From Litorivicinus sp. (GTDB taxonomy: Bacteria; Pseudomonadota; Gammaproteobacteria; Pseudomonadales; Litorivicinaceae): a stretch of 64,000 bases of DNA. A program made the translations under genes and the position numbers. Positions 29,663 to 37,917 of this stretch are shown here, piece after piece (the first letter of the stretch is position 1; each line of letters opens with the position of its first letter). The stretch covers positions 12,227-76,226 of the forward strand of contig QXYM01000031.1 in NCBI GenBank assembly GCA_009886945.1. Direction: 5' to 3'. The notes beneath the pieces are model-generated. The model was not told the DNA's origin, did not search any database, and saw nothing but the letters and a program-made list of their open reading frames with translations.

Positions 29663-30958
29663 TTGAGTGATATCTCCAACGAAGCACTAGCCGGAATTCT
29701 GCTGCTGTTAATCGTGTTATCCGGTTTCTTCTCGAGCTCTGAGACTGGCCTCATGGCGATCAATCGTGTTCGACTTCAACACCAAGCCGAAGAAGGCTCA
29801 AAGGCGGCGGCCCGGATTCTCTCACTGCTAGACCGCCCTGATCGACTCATTGGACTGATCCTGATCGGCAATAACTTTGTCAATATCCTGGCCTCGGCCA
29901 TCGCCACCGTTCTTGCTGTCCGTGTGTTTGGAGATGCAGGCGTTGCCATTGCCACAGGCGTCCTCACCCTTGTCATTCTGATCTTTGCCGAGGTCACTCC
30001 AAAGACCTTTGCGGCCCTGCATCCAGAACGGATTGCAAAGCCTGCGAGTTTAATTCTCGTTCCCTTGCTGCGATTGGCCTACCCCCTAGTCTGGATGACC
30101 AATCTGCTATCTAACGGATTACTCCGCATTTTGGGCATTAATCCAGAGAGCTCGAATCGTGATCGATTGACCAAGGAAGAGCTTCGCACTCTCATGATGC
30201 AAAGCGGGCATCGTATTCCTGCGCGGCGACACGGTATGCTGTTATCAATTCTTGATCTTGAGAAAGTCCAGGTTGACGAAATCATGGTCCCAAGAGGTGA
30301 GATTGTGGGTCTTGATCTGACCGATGAAGTCGAAGAGCTGGTCAGTCAACTTCGCTCAACCCAGCACACAAGACTCCCTGTGTTCCATGAAGACGTCGAG
30401 GAGTTAGTCGGTGTCCTGCATGCCAGAACAGCCCTCAAGCTTCTCGATAATCCCGAACTGCTGACAGATGAAACCGAATTTAAGAACCGACTGACAGAGC
30501 TCTGTGAAGAGCCCTATTACGTTCCACACAGCGCTGCTTTGCATACCCAACTCTACAATTTTCAGAAAGAGCGAGAACGGCTGGCTGTCGTTGTTGATGA
30601 GTACGGGGAAATTGAGGGGCTGGTCACCATCGATGATATTTTAGAAGAAATCGTTGGGGAATTTACCACGGATCATATTCAAGAAACCTCTCCAGACGTT
30701 CATCCCCAAGAAGATGGAACCTTTATTATCGATGGCTCTGCGACCATTCGAGATCTGAATCGCATTCTTGAGTGGGAGCTTCCAACGGATGGGCCACGGA
30801 CTGTGAGTGGGCTCATTGTTGAGTTACTTGAGTTTATTCCTGAAAACACGCTCGGGATTCAGTGGGGAGACTATCGATTGGAAGTCTTAGCCATTCAGGA
30901 CAATCGCGTGCGTTCGGTCAGAGCTTGGAAGGTGGAGCTTCCTGAAATCGAGCGTTGA
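29663..30958 (+). CDS. HlyC/CorC family transporter (CNNM/DUF21 + CBS pair + CorC_HlyC; YfjD-like)
   Basis: The sequence FFSSSETGLMAINRVRLQH marks the DUF21 N-terminus. It is followed by a CBS region and a C-terminal transporter-associated domain. The start is a TTG at 29663. Confidence 0.85.
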   Translation: MSDISNEALAGILLLLIVLSGFFSSSETGLMAINRVRLQHQAEEGSKAAARILSLLDRPDRLIGLILIGNNFVNILASAIATVLAVRVFGDAGVAIATGVLTLVILIFAEVTPKTFAALHPERIAKPASLILVPLLRLAYPLVWMTNLLSNGLLRILGINPESSNRDRLTKEELRTLMMQSGHRIPARRHGMLLSILDLEKVQVDEIMVPRGEIVGLDLTDEVEELVSQLRSTQHTRLPVFHEDVEELVGVLHARTALKLLDNPELLTDETEFKNRLTELCEEPYYVPHSAALHTQLYNFQKERERLAVVVDEYGEIEGLVTIDDILEEIVGEFTTDHIQETSPDVHPQEDGTFIIDGSATIRDLNRILEWELPTDGPRTVSGLIVELLEFIPENTLGIQWGDYRLEVLAIQDNRVRSVRAWKVELPEIER

Positions 30959-31505
30959 ACACGGTTTCGAAAAAATCGTTCACGATGAGCGCAGTCAAGC
31001 CCCAGATATCGACATTGTTGTAGCGCCATCTTGGCATCCAGCGCTCGGGCAAGCGGCGACTGCTTAACTCAAAACGCGGCGTTTGTTCGATAAATTCAGT
31101 CAATGGAATCGTGAAGACGTCAGCAATTTCCTGTTCTTGTGGCGATCCTTGAAGGACGGTGTCTGACCAAAATACACAGGGGATGACTGACAACTCATAC
31201 AAACTCTCGATTGGGTTTAAATACCCAAGTGCATCATGTTGCTCTAGCTGCAAGCCTGTTTCTTCGTGCAATTCTCGGAGTGCCGCAGCCACTGCAGAGC
31301 GATCATCATCTTCCAATTTGCCACCAGGAAGCGATACTTCGCCCGCATGTTTCCGCAAATGTGATGCCTTGATACACAGCGTTAACATCGGATTTGAACG
31401 CCCTGAAATCACAAAAGCGACCGCAGCCCGCCCTCGACAATGCGGCAAATGGCTCGGCTCGGTCGAATGAAGTTTTTTCTGAACATCCTGTTTCGTCACA
31501 TGCAT
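30918..31505 (-). CDS. NUDIX hydrolase, CoA pyrophosphatase-like (NudL-like)
   Basis: The Nudix box GGKLEDDDRSAVAAALRELHEETGL is preceded by SHLRKHAGEVSLPGG, which resembles the CoA-ase motif. I chose the ATG at 31505, because the longer ORF would run into the divergent gene. Confidence 0.75.
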   Translation of the reverse strand: MHVTKQDVQKKLHSTEPSHLPHCRGRAAVAFVISGRSNPMLTLCIKASHLRKHAGEVSLPGGKLEDDDRSAVAAALRELHEETGLQLEQHDALGYLNPIESLYELSVIPCVFWSDTVLQGSPQEQEIADVFTIPLTEFIEQTPRFELSSRRLPERWMPRWRYNNVDIWGLTALIVNDFFETVFNARFQEAPPSKL

Positions 31506-31539
31506 TTGGTTAGTATAAGAACAAACCGAGGAGAGCCCT

Positions 31540-32091
31540 ATGAACTTTTGCTCAAATTGCGGCGCAGAAACCAGTCGCCGCGTTCCCGAGGGCGATAACC
31601 GACCTCGGGACCTGTGTGAAGACTGCGGCACAATTCATTATCAAAACCCAAAAATCATCGCAGGTTGCGTGGTGTTACAAGATCACAAAGTGTTGCTTTG
31701 TAAGCGCGCCATTGAACCGCGCTATGGGCTCTGGACACTCCCTGCAGGCTTTATGGAAAATGGTGAGACAGTGGCCCAAGCCGCACTTCGCGAAACCTGG
31801 GAGGAAGCGCGGGCGACTCCGAAGCTCGACCAACTGTATGTCGTCACTTCGATACCAACGATCAGTCAAGTTTACATGCTCTACCTCGCCTTTCTGACTG
31901 ATGGTCAGTACGGTACAGGACCAGAGAGTCTTGAGACCCAACTCTTCAGTATTGACGAGATCCCCTGGGATCAACTGGCCTTCCACACCGTCCGTGACAC
32001 TTTGCTTCAATTGAGCGAGGATCTCAAAACAGGCCAGTTTCGTCTGCATTGCATCGATCGTGACGAAACCCCTGTATCAGCGCGAATCTAA
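31540..32091 (+). CDS. NUDIX hydrolase with N-terminal zinc ribbon
   Basis: It has CSNCG...CEDCG (C4 ribbon) followed by the Nudix box LPAGFMENGETVAQAALRETWEEARA. Confidence 0.8.
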   Translation: MNFCSNCGAETSRRVPEGDNRPRDLCEDCGTIHYQNPKIIAGCVVLQDHKVLLCKRAIEPRYGLWTLPAGFMENGETVAQAALRETWEEARATPKLDQLYVVTSIPTISQVYMLYLAFLTDGQYGTGPESLETQLFSIDEIPWDQLAFHTVRDTLLQLSEDLKTGQFRLHCIDRDETPVSARI

Positions 32092-32411
32092 GTTCGAGAC
32101 ATCACATCTTCCACACGAAACAGATCAAAGGCGGGCTCCTCATAGGGGTGCGACTGATAGAGGGCGTGTTTTACCGACTCAAGAACGTCGTCGGGAACCA
32201 ACATTTCTACCCGCCATTCAGGGACGGTCGCAATGGACCCCTTGGTTCCAATCTGAGGATTTGCCGCATCACCTGGAAGGAACTGACCAGTTCCTAAGCA
32301 TTCCCATGCACAGTGGCTATAGGCACCAAGAGACCCAGCGCCAGCTTGAAAGAGCGCTGACTTCAATGATTCTTTTGCCGCCTCCGGCACGAATACAATT
32401 AACTTATACAT
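32088..32411 (-). CDS. Small conserved protein, NIF3/YqfO C-terminal-domain-like
   Basis: The 107-aa product begins MYKLIVFVPEAAKESLKSALFQAGAG and contains CAWECLGTGQF.P, which resembles stand-alone YqfO-type domains. This is from memory only. Confidence 0.45.
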   Translation of the reverse strand: MYKLIVFVPEAAKESLKSALFQAGAGSLGAYSHCAWECLGTGQFLPGDAANPQIGTKGSIATVPEWRVEMLVPDDVLESVKHALYQSHPYEEPAFDLFRVEDVMSRT

Positions 32412-32474
32412 CGATAGTTCCTCTCTGATGACGATGACAAGCTCACAGGCCGTCTTAATTTTTCAACAAAACCC

Positions 32475-32620
32475 GGACAAAATCGAAACAAATCATCAAT
32501 TCCAAAAGATTCTTCCCAAAATATTTCCTACTTTGCACGATTTTCGGACGAAAATAGTTGACGACCAGAAAAAATCATAGCAATGTTTAGGACAATTCTT
32601 GGACAAACGCATACTACGGA
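32475..32620 (+). promoter_or_regulatory. csrA upstream region carrying five GGAC(A/G)A motifs (candidate CsrA autoregulatory sites)
   Basis: GGA cores lie at 32475, 32546, 32590, 32601 and 32618, each within GGAC(A/G)A. A possible -35 TTGACG lies at 32558-32563. The SD AAGAGGT is at 32628-32634. Confidence 0.35.
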
Positions 32621-32640
32621 CAGAAATAAGAGGTAAGCCC

Positions 32641-32844
32641 ATGTTGGTATTAACCCGAAAAATCGGCGAGAAAGTGATGATCGGAGACGATGTGTCAGTC
32701 ACAATTCTTGGATTGTTTGGTAACCATGTTCGACTAGGAATCAACGCACCGAAGTCTGTTGATATCCATCGAGAAGAGATCTACGTCAAGATCCAGAACG
32801 AAAATCAGGATTCTGATACGCAACAGTACGCGATCGGTCAGTAA
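32641..32844 (+). CDS. csrA: Carbon storage regulator CsrA/RsmA family RNA-binding protein (67 aa)
   Basis: The sequence [48 protein letters not shown] aligns along the whole length of E. coli CsrA. The ATG at 32641 is preceded by AAGAGG. Confidence 0.9.
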   Translation: MLVLTRKIGEKVMIGDDVSVTILGLFGNHVRLGINAPKSVDIHREEIYVKIQNENQDSDTQQYAIGQ

Positions 32845-32886
32845 TCCTCTGGTCTCTTTGGGGGGCCGCGTGTAATCTCACACGAC

Positions 32887-34134
32887 ATGAACAAAAGGCT
32901 CCCCATGAGACGTATTCCTTTCACATCGATTGCGGTCGGTTTTGCGATTTTTGGCGCAGGTATCGGCGGCTTTTTCTTATTAACCCAATCCAAACCGACC
33001 GCAGATGTTCGGGACGTTCCCGCGGCCGTCTGGCGCGTTTCGACGCAAACCATCGAACTGCAGACCGTGTCCCCAGTGTTCAATGGATTCGGCTCAGTGC
33101 AAAATCCAGATACACAGACTCTCAAAGCGCGGATCGCGACCGATGTTGCTGCGCTCCATGTCCGGGAAGGTGCTCGTACTGAAGCCGGTCGCGTGTTAAT
33201 CGAGCTTGATGCGACCGATGCAGAAATCAAACTCTCGCAAGCCAAAGCCAATTTGGCAGATGCCAAAGCCAACCTCATCGCCTTAAATGCGACCGAATCC
33301 AAAGATCGAGAAGCGCTCATTCTGGATCAGGAAGCACTGGATATTTTGACGCACAAACTGGCCCGGATTCAGGATTTAAGACAACGCAACCTCACAAGCG
33401 AACAAGACCTCGACACTGCTCGACAAGCGGTTGTCAGCCAGAAACTGCAAATCAATCGCCGAGAACTGGCCTTAGCCACTGTGGAATCGAAGCGGACCCA
33501 ATTGACGACTGCCATTCAACGGTTTGACGCTGAAGTGCGCGCTGCCACTCGAGACTTCGAATCCACTCAGGTGAAAGCGCCGGCAGATGGACAAGTTATC
33601 GAAGTCAACGTTGTCGCCGGTGACCGGGTCCAATCCAACCAACACTTACTGATCTTTGCACCCGACTCCGGGCGCGAGATTCGAGTTCAGGTTCCAGCGT
33701 CGGTTGGCCTCGCACTATCCAACGCAATCCGCACACAAACTCCAGTAACCGCCTCAACCGACCGCGGACATCAGTTGCAACTGACTCGAGTCAGTGGTGC
33801 CGTTCGTGACAATACCGGGTCGATTGATGCGTTTTTTACTTCAGATACTCAACTCCCCCCCACAGGGAGTGTGTTGTCGGTTTCCGTTGAACTGGTGCCT
33901 GAGCCGTCGGTCGTTGTTCTACCGACAGATGCCCTTTACGGTGGCAATCTCATTTATCGCATCACATCCGATAACACACTGGAAGCCGTGACAGTAGAAC
34001 GTTTAGGTCAGCGCCCCGGGGAAAATAAGACCGAAATCCTGGTGCGATCCCCTGAGATCCACAATGGTGATCCAATCCTCGTCTCGCGCCTACCGGCTGC
34101 CGTCACTGGTCTGAAAGTTGAGGTCATTCAGTGA
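32887..34134 (+). CDS. RND efflux periplasmic adaptor (membrane fusion protein)
   Basis: It has an N-terminal anchor (IAVGFAIFGAGIGGFFLL), a long coiled-coil region and beta-barrel C-terminal domains. Its stop overlaps the GTG start of the RND permease gene. Confidence 0.85.
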   Translation: MNKRLPMRRIPFTSIAVGFAIFGAGIGGFFLLTQSKPTADVRDVPAAVWRVSTQTIELQTVSPVFNGFGSVQNPDTQTLKARIATDVAALHVREGARTEAGRVLIELDATDAEIKLSQAKANLADAKANLIALNATESKDREALILDQEALDILTHKLARIQDLRQRNLTSEQDLDTARQAVVSQKLQINRRELALATVESKRTQLTTAIQRFDAEVRAATRDFESTQVKAPADGQVIEVNVVAGDRVQSNQHLLIFAPDSGREIRVQVPASVGLALSNAIRTQTPVTASTDRGHQLQLTRVSGAVRDNTGSIDAFFTSDTQLPPTGSVLSVSVELVPEPSVVVLPTDALYGGNLIYRITSDNTLEAVTVERLGQRPGENKTEILVRSPEIHNGDPILVSRLPAAVTGLKVEVIQ

Positions 34135-37100
34135 TTAGCTTTGTGCACATGTTTGCCAAACATCGGGTCGCAGCCAATCTCTTGATGGTCATTATGATCA
34201 TCGCCGGCTTCATCGGTGTTGATCGATTGCGGACACAGTTTTTCCCCAGTTTTGAACTCGACATCATCACCGTGTCCGTCGCCTGGCCAGGTGCGACTGC
34301 CGAAGACGTTCAGGAAGGCCTCACTGTCCCCATTGAAAACGCAATTGAAGAACTCGCCGTCATTGACTCCATTGATGCGACTAGCCAATTTGGGTCGGCA
34401 AGCTTTCGAATTGAGTTAGTTGACGGGGCGAATCTATCACAAGCACTTGATGATATTAGCCAGCGAATCGACCAAAACCTAACGCTCCCCGAAGGAGCTG
34501 AAGACCCCATGGTGTCGTCTCTGACACGCTACGAGGATATCTCAAATCTGCTGATCACCGGTCCGCTGACACCGTTTGAATTACAAAAGTTGGCACTGAA
34601 GGCGGAACAAGAACTGCTGGCACGGGGGATTCGAAAAGTTGACTTTCGAGGCCTGCCGACGCGTGAGATGCAAATCGAAACAAGTGCAGAAACGCTCGCC
34701 TCACTCGGCTTAACCCTGGATATGCTGGCGGATCGAATTCTCACCCAAGCGCGCGATCTACCCGCAGGGACCGCGGGTCGCGATGATGGAGAACGCCAAC
34801 TGCGAAGCTTGGAACAAGGCCGAAGTCAAACCGACATCGCCAACACCATTATTGCGCTCGATGGCTCCCCTGTGGGAATGCGCCTTGGCAGCATCGCCAC
34901 TGTTCGGGATCGAGTGGATCCAAAAGCACCCTATCTGACGTATCAAGGCCAATCCGCTGTCGAAATCATTCCACAACGCACTGAGAATGACTCCACCTTG
35001 GAAATGGCGGAAATCACCAACCAATGGCTCACTGAAGCACGTGCCCAACTCCCCGAAGGCACTGAGTTGATTGTTCTGGATGAACGCTGGCAATACCTCG
35101 ATGACCGCATCAATCTGCTACTGGAAAACGGACTGACCGGTTTACTCTTTGTCGTCATCATTCTGTACCTGTTTTTGAATCAGCGCGTCGCGTTTTGGGT
35201 GACTCTCGGCATCCCGGTCTCATTCCTAGCAACGCTGGCGATTCTTTGGATGATCGGCGGAACCATCAACATGATCAGCCTATTTGGAATGATCATGGCG
35301 CTTGGTGTGATTGTTGATGACGCCATCGTGGTCGCAGAGGACACCTTGACCCTTTATCAATCAGGACAAACGCCACTCAATTCGGCCTTGCAAGGGTCAG
35401 AACGCATGCTTGCACCTGTGGTGTCGTCAAGCCTAACGACCATCGCTGCCTTTTCACCGCTATTGATTGTCGGCGGCGTGATTGGGTCAATACTCAAAGA
35501 CATTCCGATTATTGTGATTTGTGTGATCGTCGCCTCGCTGATCGAGTGTTTTCTCATTCTTCCCGGACATCTACAACAAAGCTTGAACCGCGGCCATCGG
35601 CATGACGAAGGCAAAATTCGACAAGCCTTGGATCGCGGTTTTCTCAACTTTCGAGATCACGTGTTCAAACCATTCGTTGGCGTCATTCTCAAAGCCCCCG
35701 CACTCACTCTCATCACCGCTCTGACGCTCTTTATCTTATCGGTGGGCCTGATTTCCGGTGGTCGTGTCAAATTCACGTTTTTCCCATCGATTGATGGCAC
35801 CACCCTATGGGCCGGTGCCCAGTTCACCACGGGCACGACCCCAGATGACGTCGATCGATTTCTGGATCACCTCGAAGAGACTGCGAATGCGGTCAACGAC
35901 GAGTTTGGCGGCACCGTCATTCGTCATACATTAATGCAACACAGACAGCTCTCGGCGCCAGGCGTCCGCGGAGGAACCGGCGATCATTATGGGACACTGA
36001 AGGTCATGCTGACTAGCGAGCTCGACGGGCCTCCGAATGACGTCGTGATCGACGCATGGCGGCAAAAAATTCAGTTGCCGGGCGGCATTGAAAAATTCTC
36101 CATCCGTCAAGCACAAGGCGGACCGCCATCGAAACCGATTGAGATCAAGCTCACCGGTGGCAATGCTGACACCTTAAAAGCCGCTTCTCTTGAAATTCAG
36201 GATCGTTTGAGACGCTACCCCGGCGTGTCCAATATTGATGATGATCTTCCTTTTGGTGCCGAGCAGCTCGTCGTGCGATTAACACCGCAAGGTCGACAGC
36301 TCAATCTCACATCACAGCAGTTGGCGCGACAACTTCGCGGCGCGTTTGAAGGCCGAACACTACAAACGTTTTATGAAGACGGCATTGAGGTGGATGTGCT
36401 TTTGTCATTGTCGGAGTCGGAACGTGATCGCTTGGCAACCCTAGACCAATTGCCGATCGTGACCACCTCAGGCGCCATTGTCCCACTTCCTGTCGTTGCG
36501 ACATTTGAATCCAGACGAGGACTCGATGAACTGCGGCGGACCGATGGCCAAATGAGCATTGTGGTGAGTGCTGATGTGAATAATCTCATCGCCAATGCGT
36601 CCGAAATTCTCTCCGATGTGCGCACCACGGCTTTACCGGAAATCACAGCTAAGTTCGGACTGAAATCCAATATTCAGGGCCGCGCTCAAGATCGCGAAGA
36701 AACCTTCGCCGATATGAAAGTCGGTGTATTGGTCGCACTGACCATGATCTACATTATCCTCGCTTGGGTTTTCTCCAGTTATTCGTGGCCCTTTGCAGTA
36801 TTGATTGCCATCCCCTTAGGATTAACCGGAGCGATTAGCGGTCACTGGCTCATGGGCCTTGACCTGACAGTCCTTTCGTTATTCGGCTTTTTTGGTTTAT
36901 CTGGCATCGTGATTAATGATTCCATCGTATTGGTGGACACCTACCGACGCTTGATCGATGCAGGTGAGGATCACATGGAGGCCATTGTGAAAGCGAGTTG
37001 TCTCCGTTTCCGAGCTGTGTTGGTGACATCACTGACAACCATCGCCGGACTAACACCGATCCTTTTTGAAACCTCACCTCAGGCTCAATTCTTAATTCCA

Positions 37101-37250
37101 ATGGCAACAACCATCGTCTTTGGGCTCGCGTACGGCACCGTGCTTGTGTTGATGATCGTACCCTCAGTCTTGAGTCTCATTGAGAGAAATCGTGATCGAA
37201 CAACACACACGCATTTGAGTAACTCAGTTGTTCAAGAGCCGGTACGCTAA
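34131..37250 (+). CDS. RND-family efflux transporter permease subunit (1039 aa)
   Basis: It has an AcrB-like layout and is a paralogue of the 981-4154 product (shared VSVAWPGATAEDVQ / VRVSWPGASPKDVE type N-terminal loop). Confidence 0.9.
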   Translation: MISFVHMFAKHRVAANLLMVIMIIAGFIGVDRLRTQFFPSFELDIITVSVAWPGATAEDVQEGLTVPIENAIEELAVIDSIDATSQFGSASFRIELVDGANLSQALDDISQRIDQNLTLPEGAEDPMVSSLTRYEDISNLLITGPLTPFELQKLALKAEQELLARGIRKVDFRGLPTREMQIETSAETLASLGLTLDMLADRILTQARDLPAGTAGRDDGERQLRSLEQGRSQTDIANTIIALDGSPVGMRLGSIATVRDRVDPKAPYLTYQGQSAVEIIPQRTENDSTLEMAEITNQWLTEARAQLPEGTELIVLDERWQYLDDRINLLLENGLTGLLFVVIILYLFLNQRVAFWVTLGIPVSFLATLAILWMIGGTINMISLFGMIMALGVIVDDAIVVAEDTLTLYQSGQTPLNSALQGSERMLAPVVSSSLTTIAAFSPLLIVGGVIGSILKDIPIIVICVIVASLIECFLILPGHLQQSLNRGHRHDEGKIRQALDRGFLNFRDHVFKPFVGVILKAPALTLITALTLFILSVGLISGGRVKFTFFPSIDGTTLWAGAQFTTGTTPDDVDRFLDHLEETANAVNDEFGGTVIRHTLMQHRQLSAPGVRGGTGDHYGTLKVMLTSELDGPPNDVVIDAWRQKIQLPGGIEKFSIRQAQGGPPSKPIEIKLTGGNADTLKAASLEIQDRLRRYPGVSNIDDDLPFGAEQLVVRLTPQGRQLNLTSQQLARQLRGAFEGRTLQTFYEDGIEVDVLLSLSESERDRLATLDQLPIVTTSGAIVPLPVVATFESRRGLDELRRTDGQMSIVVSADVNNLIANASEILSDVRTTALPEITAKFGLKSNIQGRAQDREETFADMKVGVLVALTMIYIILAWVFSSYSWPFAVLIAIPLGLTGAISGHWLMGLDLTVLSLFGFFGLSGIVINDSIVLVDTYRRLIDAGEDHMEAIVKASCLRFRAVLVTSLTTIAGLTPILFETSPQAQFLIPMATTIVFGLAYGTVLVLMIVPSVLSLIERNRDRTTHTHLSNSVVQEPVR

Positions 37251-37914
37251 TCCCCAAGTCTGCCGCCAGTGATCGTCCGATCATTGGTAAGTGCTCGGGA
37301 GAGCTTTCAACCATCTCAGTCATGGGTAAATCTGGAGCATCTGTTTCCAGAAGTAATCGGTGTGTTGGCATGTTGCGAAAAACGTCTAACGCGCGGGGCC
37401 TTGGTGTTCGTGTCATGAGACCTCCTGCACTGAGGTATCCACCGAGAGTCAAATAAGCGACTGCAATGTCCTCAGATCCCAAAAATGCATGAATCACGAA
37501 CCGATTGAGGCCGACGCGTTTAAGCGTTGAAATCACCTCAGTGTGCGATTTCACCGCGTGAATAATCACCGGCCGATCCAGTTCCTTGGCCAGTGCGAGT
37601 TGGTTCTCAAATACTCGCTGCTGAATCTCTCGCGCTGGCATGTGTGGCCTAAAATCGAGCCCAACCTCACCCATTGCCGAACCAGGATGGCTGCCCAAAT
37701 ACTGTTCAAGGAGACTGAACCAGTCAGACGAAACTGCCGCATATTGAGGATGCAGCCCAAAGGCTAAATGACGTGTTCGACCGACAAGCCAACGCCATTG
37801 ATCAGGATGGGTCCCTGTCGCGATGAAATTCACCGATGACGCATTGGTGGCTTGGTTGACAGACTCAGTTGAGGCCGACATCAACTCGAGATGAACGTTG
37901 ATATCGACCCACAC
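37177..37914 (-). CDS. TatD-family metal-dependent hydrolase (YjjV-like)
   Basis: The motifs GEVGLDF, VIIHAV, VIHAF and LLLETDAPD are spaced as in TatD/YjjV proteins. The GTG start lies 3 nt after the prfC stop. Confidence 0.8.
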   Translation of the reverse strand: MWVDINVHLELMSASTESVNQATNASSVNFIATGTHPDQWRWLVGRTRHLAFGLHPQYAAVSSDWFSLLEQYLGSHPGSAMGEVGLDFRPHMPAREIQQRVFENQLALAKELDRPVIIHAVKSHTEVISTLKRVGLNRFVIHAFLGSEDIAVAYLTLGGYLSAGGLMTRTPRPRALDVFRNMPTHRLLLETDAPDLPMTEMVESSPEHLPMIGRSLAADLGISVPALEQLSYSNACVLFDHDFSQ

Positions 37915-37917
37915 GGA

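Noticed and set aside
32460-32640. The idea that the GGA-rich region upstream of csrA is a CsrB/RsmY-type sponge sRNA gene.
   Set aside because: There is no terminator hairpin or U-tract between the motifs and the csrA SD and ATG. There are only five motifs, and they run straight into the csrA ribosome-binding site. An mRNA leader is the simpler reading.
32496-32744. An 82-aa minus-strand ORF overlapping the csrA start.
   Set aside because: It is antisense to the well-supported csrA ORF and to the AT-rich leader. It has no SD and no recognisable family.
37890-37914. The TatD-like N-terminus reads D-I-N-V-H instead of the D-x-H-x-H metal-binding motif, which could suggest an inactive enzyme.
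   Set aside because: The TatD family naturally varies here. E. coli TatD itself reads DIGVNL, whereas YcfH and YjjV have HxH. The remaining metal-ligand blocks (GEVGLD, IHA, HAF, ETDAP) are intact.
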